From Raillietiella orientalis (lineage: Eukaryota), in the NCBI GenBank assembly GCA_036172245.1, contig JAYWIR010000027.1:310001-374000 (forward strand): a DNA stretch of 64,000 bases, in the 5' to 3' direction. The translations under genes were made by a program, and so were the position numbers. This document shows positions 39,428 to 50,900 of the stretch, piece after piece. The notes below the pieces were generated by a model. The model did no database searches, had not been told where the DNA came from, and saw only the letters and a list, made by a program, of their open reading frames with translations. How positions within the stretch are numbered: the first letter of the stretch is position 1; every line of letters begins with the position of its first letter.

Positions 39428-41041
39428 TTTTTTATTTAGTAAGAAATCTTACATACATACAAATAACAAAGATGGCTCTGCAACATCTTCCGTTCTACGA
39501 CTTAGAATTCTGGACTCGGCAGATGACTTCTCAGGTCTTTATTGCTTTAAAAGATACAGGGTTCCTCCTTTGGAGGGAACTCGTATACAAAATGGATGGA
39601 AACAAGACTGATATTTCTGATTCACAGTATCCATACCATCATTCGCGAGTTGAATGTTTCGGGATGCTGGATCTTTTTTGACGGGGACGTCACTCGTGGC
39701 TGTGGAATGTTTTCGTCCGTTGATCCTAGGGGCGCACCAGATGTAGCAATTGAGAAGATCTCTTCAAAGAAGCTGGAGTAGGGGTTCTGCTATTCCACAG
39801 TGGCTCTTCCATTTTCATACGGTCGCAGAAGACAAACAGGAAGCGGCACGGGTTGTGGAGGTTCTCACTTTTTAAGGGGGTTCACTAGTGCGTGGGAGGT
39901 CAAATTCTACAGGGCGATCATCACTAGCTGCATCCTCGTACCAGCTAATGTTGTCATCTTCAAGGCCTGCTCCTCGGCATGCGGTTCAGTGTTATCGGCT
40001 ACGCTGCAAGATGTTCTGGAACATAGTGAGGAAACGGAACTGCGAACCATATACATAAGCGGTACAATTGTAGCGCTGAGGGTGGGGTTGGGTTTAGGGC
40101 TAGCCGAGAGGGGAGTTGAGGTTTGTCAGGGAGGGAAATGCATCCAGAGCCTTGGTGGATGGTTGGTACTCTATGTGTTTCACGTGGATGTCTCTGGATG
40201 CTCTTATGACGGCCGCGATCATCCTGACCCTGAGGGCTTTTGCGTGTTAATCGGGTATGCCAAGTATGGCAAGGACTTTCAGCGTTCCTTGGGTCTCAGG
40301 CTCCCAGTATGCCGATGACGAATGCATCCACGTAGACCTTCCTACCGGAGTTGCGGAAATACTGGGCAATCTGAGCAAACTTTTTGACCTTTTCTGCCCG
40401 CGCAACTCTAAAGGAATCTCGACGGTTCTCAAAGGGGATGACATCATCGATAATGGCAGCCTGGAAGTCGTCATAGATAACAAGGTCGGGTCGAAATGAG
40501 GAGTTTGAATCGCCTACTTGTTGGTCGGTTTGAAGCCTGGGCCAGTAAGGACGCTAGGCTTTGGCAATTCCTTAACGACTAAGTTGTGGCGCCCAGTTAT
40601 GGAACTGCCAAGGAGGTGTTGGCAGTGGGCGAGTACGTGGCGGAGAGATCCCATGGGCGAGATGCATCTTCTGCATCTCTCAAAGAAGCCGGGGCGCTTC
40701 ACTTTTCCATTGAACGGCCGTAAGTTCAGCCGCGCTCAGTGGATGAATCTCCAATCTGAGAAACGGAGAAACTCATATCTCTGCAGAAAGTTGTTGGAGG
40801 TAGGATGCAGGGGGATACAGTCCATGATTCGACCCTGATCAGACTTGTTGAGCAGAGTAGATGTTCTGCCCACCCACTCCATCGAGCTAATCGTTTTGGC
40901 CACTTGCCAATGGAGGTAGCAGGTGATCCGTTTTCCAGGAATTGAAATGTCAATGGAGTCATCCTGGACGGAACAGGACAGCGGAAGCCTTTTGGAGGCT
41001 TGCCGCAATGCTGACCAGAAGCTCCTTGGGTCGCCAGAGGT
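39428..41041 (-). mobile_element. 5'-truncated Utopia/NeSL-type RLE non-LTR retrotransposon
   Basis: SGDPRSFWSALRQASKRL, DQGR...HPTSNNFL...RFSDWRFIH*ARLNL, zinc knuckle CRRC...HVLAHC...ITGRHN, and RLE motifs RPDLVI...IIDDVIPFENR...AR.EK...VDAFVIGILGA. Ends in AATAAAAAA directly followed by TCTGTTCTT. Confidence 0.9.
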
Positions 41042-41081
41042 CTGCACTTTGATCTTAGCCAAAAAAAGAACGAGATACGAT
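41042..41081 (-). pseudogene. U2: U2 snRNA 5' fragment (nt 1 to ~37)
   Basis: ATCGTATCTCGTTCTTTTTTTGGCTAAGATCAAAGTGCAG versus the recalled U2 start ATCGCTTCTCGGCCTTTTGGCTAAGATCAAAGTGTAG: 5 substitutions plus a T-run expansion, with a 20-nt exact core. Confidence 0.85.
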
Positions 41082-43122
41082 TCCCGAAAGAAAAACAGTC
41101 ACATATGTAGAAGCTTGCTTTTCAAGATCCATGCTTCAGAGGGAACCTGTTTTTTCTGAAAATAAACAGCTCAAGAGTAAAGGGATAAAGATGCAGTCTT
41201 CGTCTCGATATAACGTACAAAAGTCCTGAGGTTCTGCGGGAGCTACAAACTATGTGGATAATTTGTCTTTTGTTCTTGTCACTGCTCTCACTGGAATAAA
41301 TAGTTGCAGAAAACCAGTTTTCGGTGCAAATTTTGATATCCTTCACTAGTTGTTAAATTAATTGCTAGAAAGCTGCGCTGTGCATTATGGAAAATGTTTA
41401 TTTAGTTCGCTAGAGACTAGGACCATTCTCTGAAAGATTTCTTCCAATTCCTTGCACAGTGCTCATATAGATCCTCCTACACTACTCCTGATACGGAAGA
41501 CACATGAGTTGCGTTGGCTTCTGCAGCCTGAAATGCAATCTCATCCTGTTCTCTAGAAAGCAATAAGCATTATTCTACATCTAAAGGGAACCTATGATTT
41601 AAACAGCATTGGTTCCCTTTCCTTAGGATAAACTTATTTCGAAAACAAGGACTCTTGAGTATCAAATGAACTCTCTTGTATTCTCTGCTTCTTTATCTGA
41701 AGTCTTTAACAGCAGTTTGCGTAGCTTAATTCATGCTTTGCTGAATAATGTATTTCATCACTGCTTATATCTACTTGAGAACAAGAGACTGATAGAAATA
41801 GAAGCTGACGAAAGCAACAGAATAGCAACGAAAAGCCGGAATTCAGCTTTCATGTGCTCTCTTCGTGTCGGTATATCTGCAGTACGGTTGCCACTTCAAA
41901 GAATCTGCTGATGCTTTTCCTCAAATACTATCCAGAATTCCAGTGGTACTACTCAGTTTGAAATATATGTTTAAAAAAGAGTAATCAATGCACTGGTTGC
42001 GAAATATCCAGAAATGCTCGAAATCAACACAGGTGTCAGCCATGTAGTCTGCTGACGTTTCCTCTCCGAGAGGATCCTGGATGAAAAGGGATAGGCAGTG
42101 ACTAGGAGCAGGAAGGGTGTTTTTTGGGAGTGTCTTCTGTTCTTTTCGTTGTGGAACCAGGGAATTCTGAAGGCTGGTTTATCTGCAGCGTGCATTGCCC
42201 GTGGCATCTCCTAAGGCTGTAAATCGCCTCTGCATGGCGTATCTCTTTTAATGCATGGGAAAAGATGCACTGGGGAAACGAAGAAAGTACTAGAAAACCC
42301 ACTAACGGTGTATTTCTGTTGTATTTTTCTAATGGCTGCAAGTTTTCCCATACTCGTTGAAGAAACTTAAGGGTGCGCCCCCGACCCCTCGTCGCATAGA
42401 GCGTGGATATGTCGCGGGTGTCCATGATTTGGGGACAGTGGTTTTTTTTTCGTTCTTGCTCTTTTGCTTCCATTTTTTTTTGCTTCTTTCTTCCCTCCCC
42501 CTCCCCTCGTCCCCACCCTCTAACAGTTTCCATGAATAGAGAATAATACTCCAAAGCAAACTTCTTGAGGAGAGTAAGGATATTCCTCTCCACATGAGGG
42601 GAAGTTAACGTGAAAGGGCATAACAAGAGTAATTATGATGCGGGAAATTTGATGAAAGAAAATGAGAGAATTTTCAATGATAGTTCAGTATTACAAAATT
42701 AAGGCACATTCAGTTAAAAGCAGTCGGACGTGTCGAGGACTTCGTTTCGCGCGCCTTTGCACTAACCAGGTTAAGGCAAAAATAACAAAATACATTTCCA
42801 CGTACATTGGCTATTTATTGGTAAATTAAAGGTAGGTGGTGTGTGCTTTTGTGGTTTGAGTGCAATAGACAAGCCATGCATTTTTATGTTCGAACGTATC
42901 CACTGGGACAACGCTGTATAAGAGGGTTCCACGTATGTTTTTTTGCTCACCTGTGAAAATAGTGCATTTATTTTTCTATAATATTTACACCAAAAATTAT
43001 GGTATCATACGTTTAATATGCACAATTTTAGGGAATTATCATCGCCAACAATGAACATTGAATGGTGTATTCATTCAGTTAATGCAATTGCATGAAGCAA
43101 ACCAGATCATTTTCATGGAAGA

Positions 43123-44823
43123 ATGATGTCCCCAACTTCAAAACAGGCAGAAAAGGAAATTTGGAAATTTACAAAATGTTTTCTATTAAAATTTGTTCAA
43201 ACTATTGTTATGTCTCGTTCCGGAATCAAGACAAAAACAAAATTAAATAGGATGGAAACTCGTGACTGGGTAATATGTATTCTTGTATATCTTATTGTTA
43301 GTTAGTTATAATAGTAAGTTGGATTATTCAGCATTTTGTTATTTTTGTCTTAACCTTGCATATCAGTCCATACTCTGGATAGCATTCATTAATACTCCCA
43401 CATTATCATTCCTTGCAGCCTGAAGTAATGAAAATTCAAATCAATAGTTATGATCCATTTAGTGTTTATGAACCTTTTTTGATGTGAAGAGTTTAAAGAT
43501 GTAAAAATTTTATATACATTAAAAGTATCAGATGAAGCCTGGCTAAAATGCAAATTTTGACTGCAGATTGAAAAATAATTGATCTTGTGATTATTGTGAT
43601 ATATTTTTCAAGTACTGCTGTTGTTTGTAGTTTTCTCTGGTGATTGAGGATGCAGCTAATGTCAGTGAAGTTATGAAGAAAATGATCAATTCCCAGACAT
43701 CTGTTGTTTCATCACCTGTGTGTGTAGAAATTTCTCTAAAAACAGTTGATCATAAATTCATGATTTTGGAAACATGGTGGCTATCTATCAATGAGCCACA
43801 CCATTCAAAAATGGGGGACTCATTTTTAGTATATGCAGCTCTAGGACAGCTGTTAAAATCCTTGATTACTGTGAGTCGTGTCACTCCAGCATATCAGTTG
43901 TCTCGTCATCAAACCAAAGATACATTTGTTATTTGTTATAGAGTGTACTTAGGTGAGCCAGAACTTCATGGCTTAGGTATGTACAATGCTTCTTCACTGC
44001 TTGTTTAAATGGAACACCTAGGTGAGGGATACCTTCAGAACCGTATTGGTGAGATAGGTACTCATTTAGGTACCTATTCCTTAAATGTAGCTTATAGGAC
44101 AAATCACAATACGCCTACTCTTTTGAACCATTCCAATGTTCCACCACCAGTCAATGTTTGCTGCTCAGGTTTGAGTCTCCAAGCTTCTCCAGAGAAATTT
44201 GATGCTGATTTGACTCAAAAATCCCAATTGGAACTAGTTGCACATGAAAGGTAGCTTGTACTTTTCTGTTGGTTTTGTCTGATTTCATCCTTTGTTATTT
44301 GGTTTTCCTAAGCAGGGATGGTGATGAGCTGGATTTCTATGAGTTACCATGTGCATTTTCCTGTGATATTTCTCCTTGTGCATTGTTTCAAATACCTTCT
44401 ACTGGTTTTGATCAATTTTTATTGGAATGGGAAAAAAAATGTTTGCTGAAAGCAGAACAGGAATCAGCTTCTTCTCCCTTATGCTCTTTTGATGTGCCCT
44501 GCCTAGCAAAGTATCCTTGTCCGAGTTGGAAATCCTGTAGTTCAATGAGCCAGGATCCTGTAATTCAAAACCTAGTGAGTTTAGAATTAAATGTAGGGTC
44601 AATACCATTTGACAACCAGGAGATACCATTTTCAAATCAAGAATACAACTCTTTTCTGGGCGATTTCTTCTTTAATTCAAGTCCTTCTTTTCTCCATGCA
44701 TCCACACTGGACTCTGAAGTACACAAAGTGGAACAGCAGATGGCTACATTTTGCATGGTCAAGGGAGAATTCAATGACTTGGTTCAGTCCATCATGGGAA
44801 ATAATGAAGAAACTCTCCATTGA
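43123..44823 (+). CDS. ATG13: Autophagy-related protein 13; join(43123-43269, 43631-43976, 44022-44250, 44316-44823), 409 aa
   Basis: HORMA-domain motifs DW|FSLVIED, CVEISLKT, LLKSLITVSRVTPAYQLSRHQ, YRVYLGE, GLGEG, VAYRTN, and a C-terminal EFNDLVQSI resembling EFDAFVETL. Three GT-AG introns (361, 45, 65 bp) keep the frame; 1230 nt in total. Confidence 0.95.
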
Positions 44824-46177
44824 CAACAGGGCTTTTGGTGGCATCTTTAAAGTATAGGTAATATTCAGTTGGAATCCCATGAGTCTATCTTAGTTTGTAC
44901 CAAAGCACAAATTCGGAGACAAATCTTCACAGTGCATTAGGATAAGTGGGATACAGTAACTCCACAGTATGTGATCTATGACTATGTAATTGATCCCCGG
45001 ATGAATGCATTGCCAAGCATTTCAAGCCATATTTGATATGACTAAATTGTGTTTGGCTACTAGTATGATTGTTTTGATCATGTGCCACCAGTGATGCTTT
45101 TTCATGGTACCTTGTTGAATTCCTTGTGTTTAAACCAAGTCCAAAAGCATCAAGCTTTGATATATGTTGAACAGGATTTCGGATTATGCTCTCAACTATA
45201 GTCAGTATTTGGACTAGCTGTCGTACCCAAGGTTTTCCGAATTGTGGATTGAATGGCTTTAAGTCCAGAGATAATTTGAATAATCTAAGCCGAATCCTAA
45301 AAAGTAACGAAGTTATGAAGTTGCCATGCATGTTAAACAAAAAGGATGAAGTAATAAGTTTAATTGCTCGTATTTCATCTCATGTTTCCTCATTGTTTCA
45401 TGCAGCAAGTAATGAGCATGCAATGTTCTTCGTGCAGAAAATATTTTAGAAAAGGATACAGAGATTATGAAGAAAATTAAAAAGTGGTTGGGTTTTTAAA
45501 ATTGGCAATGAAAAAAATATATATATATATATTCAAATGACTGATTAGCATTTTTCATCTTTCTCCTGGACAGAAGGACAAGATGCTTGCCTTCTTAAAC
45601 ACCTGTGTATTTCGGCATTTCAGGAAATTCTGCGAGCTACCGTTTTCATCAGTGACTTGGGTGGCTGCTAGCTGTTTATTATGAACGCGTTTGAAAAAAA
45701 ATGATGGAACTGTTGCGTATTTCGCTCTTTCGGAGAGTAAGAAAGCACCTCCACATATGGATTGGTGATTTCCGAAAATATAACGCTCACATCACCTGCA
45801 GCTTAGATGTTTGAAGAACTTTGTTTGGGCTCACCCAAATTCAAATTAACATGTAGATCGGGTTTTCATGGATAGGACTTACTATGAAAAGGAAGGATTT
45901 CGGAGATGTCTTTCCTTTTTCCTGCGAAGAATTATTGTGGTGTTTCCCATTGGAAACACCTTTGGTCATATCCGGGCGTCCATCCATCTCTCCTGATTCG
46001 AATTTCCACAGAATATGCAAAGCTGGAAGTGACTTCCAAACTGAAGATCCATATCGGACATCAAGTATTTTGCACCGGATGTGAACCGGCAGTGGTGAAT
46101 TCTCCTTAAACGACGTGGACCTGCGTGTGAAATACCCAGTTCACCTGTTTCAAGCTTTTTTCTGGATGCAATAGAGA

Positions 46178-46620
46178 TTTTTTTTTTTTTTCTTCTTCCC
46201 CGCGCGAGATCCATTGCAAAGCAGAGCAAAGTTGGTTGCTTAGGGGAATCACAATTGGCCTTCATTCGGCGCTTTATCAGATTTCCATCATCCATCTATG
46301 CCCATATCCTTGCCTCATGCGTTAGAATTTCCAGTGATTCCTGGAAAAGCGCCTTTATGCGTGTGATGTCCCTTCGAATTTCCAAGGTGCATCTCCGCTC
46401 CCTCTCTCAGCTGGGAGAAGTTGTGAGAGTGTTCCTGAATGTTACCCCAGCCTTCTCCTCTCCATATCACGAAGATGTGGTGCTCAGAGTTACCTGCTTT
46501 TGGGGGTGGAGCTCATGCCCATTTAAGCTCTGCTACCAGAGCAGTCGTTTCACGAGGGCGTGGATGAAAACTCAGATGTGAGGTTTTTTCTCATCGTGAT
46601 CATGACGAAATATCCCCGTA
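46178..46620 (-). mobile_element. Possible LINE 3' remnant with poly(A) tail
   Basis: Decayed coding-like sequence ending GGGGAAGAAG plus A14 on the minus strand. Confidence 0.25.
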
Positions 46621-47938
46621 TCCATAGAGAACACTGGAAAGGAGACAGTCAATCGGTACTTGAGAATTTCATTGAATTGGTTGATGCTAGTTCAAGAGAT
46701 GACGCTTTGCATAAAACGTAATTCCTAGAGTATTTGCAACGGGATGTTGTACGAGCGTCACAAGAGACTGGCATTTTCCATAAGGAAAAATGGAAATGAA
46801 TGGATCCTCCAAACAACTGACTGAGATAATGGGTTGAAATTACTAAGTGGCAAGCAAATTAACTGATGACAAGATACACCAAAACTTGTCAAATGAGAAC
46901 ACCCTGCGCATCAATAAGAAGATTGGAACGAAGCACCCACGATCCGACCTTGAAAAAGGAAACGAGGGACAATTTTCTCCCCGTGAGAACAATAATTTTT
47001 GAGTAATCTCTCTTCCACTGTGCAACAGAAGGGCATTCCTCGGCCACGGCTTACGCCTACATGCCCGGTACATTGGAAATCTCTAAAGGTTCCCATCAGC
47101 GGTGAACGAATGCAATGCGGAAAGCCGAGGGTTCATTCACCTTCTGGAGCAAGAGTGACCTAGCAACGGATCCCGCAAGCATCAAATAATCAGCAATGAT
47201 CACCGGTAATGCTTACTTGGTCCTCGCGAGCATGTGCGGAAAGGCGATGCTCATGTGCATCAAAACCTCAGAAGCATCTTATCCAACTTGCATCTTCCGA
47301 GATGCATACCGAAATCCAGAATGCATAATTTGGAATAACTGGGAAGCCTATTCAGTGGTTTCTTGAATGAATTTGAATGAATGAATGCACAACGAATTCC
47401 TTTTGTTGATCTGCTTCATGGGGATCTTAGAAACCGATTCTAGATTTCTGCACATCGTAGGGGAAGAAAATATTGTTCCATTTTATGTAAAGGTTCTAAT
47501 AGAAAATAAACAAAATGTAAAATATAGATTCTAACTTTGAAAAGTTGAGCGAGGTGACTGGATTGAGAGAGACCCTCGCCGTTTGCTGTACGAGGGAAAA
47601 CGCATCTATTTTCTGAGAAACGCATTTACGTGATAAATATGATGCTCCGTTTCCAGTGAAATGCAATCCAACCTTTGTCCTCACATACTGATGGAATCTT
47701 GGAAAGCATCAAAATCTTTGTAACCTTTTGTGATTTCTTAAGGGACAGACAAACTTTCCTTCACTATCTTTCACAGAGCACCGATCCCTGTTGCTGCAGA
47801 AGAGTCTTACATTCACCGACATCAAAAGCTATGGCACCGTGAATATTGAAATGAGAACATTCAAAAGTCACTTCGGGAATATTTTTTTTTTTACTTAGGA
47901 CTGACGGAACAACAGTTTGCAAGTTGGTTTCAATCAGT

Positions 47939-50900
47939 CTTCCCTATGTCCCACAAGCGGTAGGGTGAATTTATTGAAGCACAGGTAATTCACAAAAGCA
48001 ATAAAACAGACAAAGATCCATGTGGTATGTAGCATAAATTCTGCCATCACTACATCCGATTATTTTACTTTTCAAAGATCTCCGTCAATGCCGTTTTTCA
48101 CTAAAGGCTTGCAAGATCATCACGCCCGCGCACATGGGCGTGATGATCGTCTGTCTCTTTCAAAATATATGGATATATCCATGCCGGGACTCTGCTGCAA
48201 TTCCTAATGCCATCATCAGCCCTTTTAAAATGTCCGTGGCTGTTCTCATCACAGTGCTCCTGATTAAGAGGGCTATGGTTGTTGTGAACCTGGTATTGTA
48301 GAGGATATTCACCAGAGGATATCGTATCCTTCAAACGATCCCTCCAGGGTTTCTAAACTTTCTTCGTGTCTGCAGGCATGCCACCTCCTCAACCTCTTTC
48401 CACTGACGGCGTAGAGTTCGGCAGGTGAGCATGTGGAGCTTGGTTTCAGTATCTCCACACGCCACGAAGAGCTCGCCCTACGGGTCTACTGACCAGTGCT
48501 GCATCCTCGACTCACTCAGATTACTCATCATAAAACATCAGGGAGTCATCTTGAGTGTTCAGTGGCAGTTGATTCAGCCGTAAGGATGGTTGTTCTTACC
48601 GCTCTCATCTTTACGTTTGAATCCCGAAAAGGCTGGAAGTCCCAGTTCGGACTTCGTCATTTTTGTCTGAGCTACTTTATAGCTTCTTTCTTCATCCTGA
48701 TGCACGCGCTGTTGACTCGATTTTTGCAGAGCTCATGTGTCCTGTGAGTGACGCCTGCCATCGAGTCTTTGCATTACGGAAGCTCCGCATTTCATCCCAG
48801 TTTGAGAACTGTTCGCAGTCCCGGATTCCTAGGCTTTGGTGCATCCACTGCTCCGTTACCTGTTGGATGAAGAGAGAATTACCAATGCCAATTCTGCGTC
48901 CCAAATTTCTTCACTTTGAGGCACTGCTTTCAGTTGGTGGGGGTTTTCTCCGGTGCTCGTTTTCTTCCCCACGTGTAATCGATCTTCCTCGAATCTCCCA
49001 CTGTGCCTATAAGGGAGGACATTAGACCACTCATTGGTACTAGATTCTGTGAGCCACATATAGCCACTTGTCTCAATTTTCGGTAAGATCCAAGAGTTGA
49101 ACAGAATGCTCCAGAGGCTTCATCCTGATCCTACCTTCGTTCCTCGGGCGACATAAATGTTTCAACTTTTCCCTCTGTTTGAACCTTTTCTATAACAGTT
49201 TCCTTTGTAGCCTTTCGATCTCCATTCTGATCCTCTTATCGATTCGATAGAATGCCACTCCGAAGAGCGACTTGTCGAGTAGAATGCCGTTCTACAAGTT
49301 GGCCCTCTTCTTGATGCTGAAGTCGGACCGAGTGAATTGTTCTGCTTCTTCTCTGGTCTTCTCCAGGATTTATCTCCACAGTGTTTGCAATGCAAAGGCA
49401 TCTCCAATGTGGATTTCTTTGCACTTGATTGTCTCCACCACTCGGAATCCTTTCTTCGTCAATATCCAGGATACCGATGGGCAAAAGTTGAGGTTTCTGG
49501 GTGTTGAACTTGAAGTCTCAATACCGGTGTCATAAACCTGACTGATTTTCAGGAACGCATACTAATTCTTCTGATCTTTCAGGAAGGACAGATCGCTTGC
49601 ATACTCCAGGTGAGTCACCCGTCTATTTAAAGTCTGGAGACGGCCTCCTTGATCGATCATCGATGGCACAGCCTTTATGTAAAATACAAATTAGCTCCGG
49701 ACGTCTTGATGTACTTCTCTCTCCACCCGGATTGCATGTGTGCCTTGTCCGTTGATGTGGATCTTGAAAAACTTCACTTCAAACTTTCACTGTCTTCTCC
49801 TCATCCTGGCTAAAGTATCTTGGGAAACCTAATTAGGATTTGCAACAACATTCCGTGTTCCACAGTATCGAATGCCTTCTCCATATGAATGAAATCCCAC
49901 ACCAGGTCGTCACCGATTTACCAACCTATGATCTCCTGGGGTCACTGGACGTTGTCAGACATGCGATGTCCGGGCACCGCGCAAGTCTCAGTAGGAGAAA
50001 TTACCGATAGCGTGGTCTTCCGCAGGCAGTTGGTCCAGATCTTCGTCAACTAACCGTCATCCACATTCAAAGTGAAAACTGGTTGCCACTGGGTGACCTT
50101 CGTCGGGTCTCGTCCCTTAGGAAGCAATCTCACGCTGCTTCCTTAGAACCACGCCGAGAGCCTTTGTTCTTTGATCTTTAGCATTAATTCGTATAACAAG
50201 CGAAGTGTGAGACATGGGCACGCTATGAGGAGCAGCTGCCACACATCCTTGCGTAGTTCCTTGAACTCATCTCTAACCTCTTCTATGGAGATGTCTTCGT
50301 CGAGTTAATCTTGCTATTGGTGACTGAGATACTGGTGTAGGCAGCGCAGATGACCTTTTTCTTCGTCTGGCACACACCTTAGGTTTACGTAATGGTGCTG
50401 GAGAGTTTCCACTATCGCTTCCGATGTGTGATGAACCTGATCTTCGTTCTGGATGCAGAAGATATCAGGAGCGATTTTCGTCCTTTCCAGCACTTCCATC
50501 ACTCCCTTGGCATTTTGGAATGCGTGTGTTCTCTTGCACTGATCCCAGCACCCCGAATGAGTGAGTAATCTCGAATGTTGAGCTCCCAGCCTCCTTCTTC
50601 ATCCTCCGATTTTCGTACCGAAAATTGCAAAGCAGGTATGCTTCAACCTGTCCCAGCCATCAACACTGCGAATCACGGTGTTCCGCAGAGTTGTTTCGAT
50701 AACTTCCTAGCGACAGGAAAGCACCTCAACCAGGGGGGCATGCTGATGAGCGCCATCCTCGTGCCAATGTTCTTCCGAGAATTCCCTGTCTTCAAGATAA
50801 ACCGCCGCAGGGGTGATCTCAGAACAGAGTCTGGAATCCCTTAACACGGTTACTGACGTCCTCGCTGTGCAGGGACTGTTGGATCAGCTTGTGGCTCGCT

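Noticed and set aside
40736..41062. ORF-track protein starting MAKIKVQ
   Set aside because: The first codons are U2-derived sequence read into the truncated retrotransposon frame, so this is not a real start.
10491..42144. Other TCTGTTCTT 9-mers (10491 on the minus strand, 15262, 42136)
   Set aside because: They are not next to element ends or U2 sequence. This shows the 9-mer alone is weak evidence and only its context at 39419-39427 matters.
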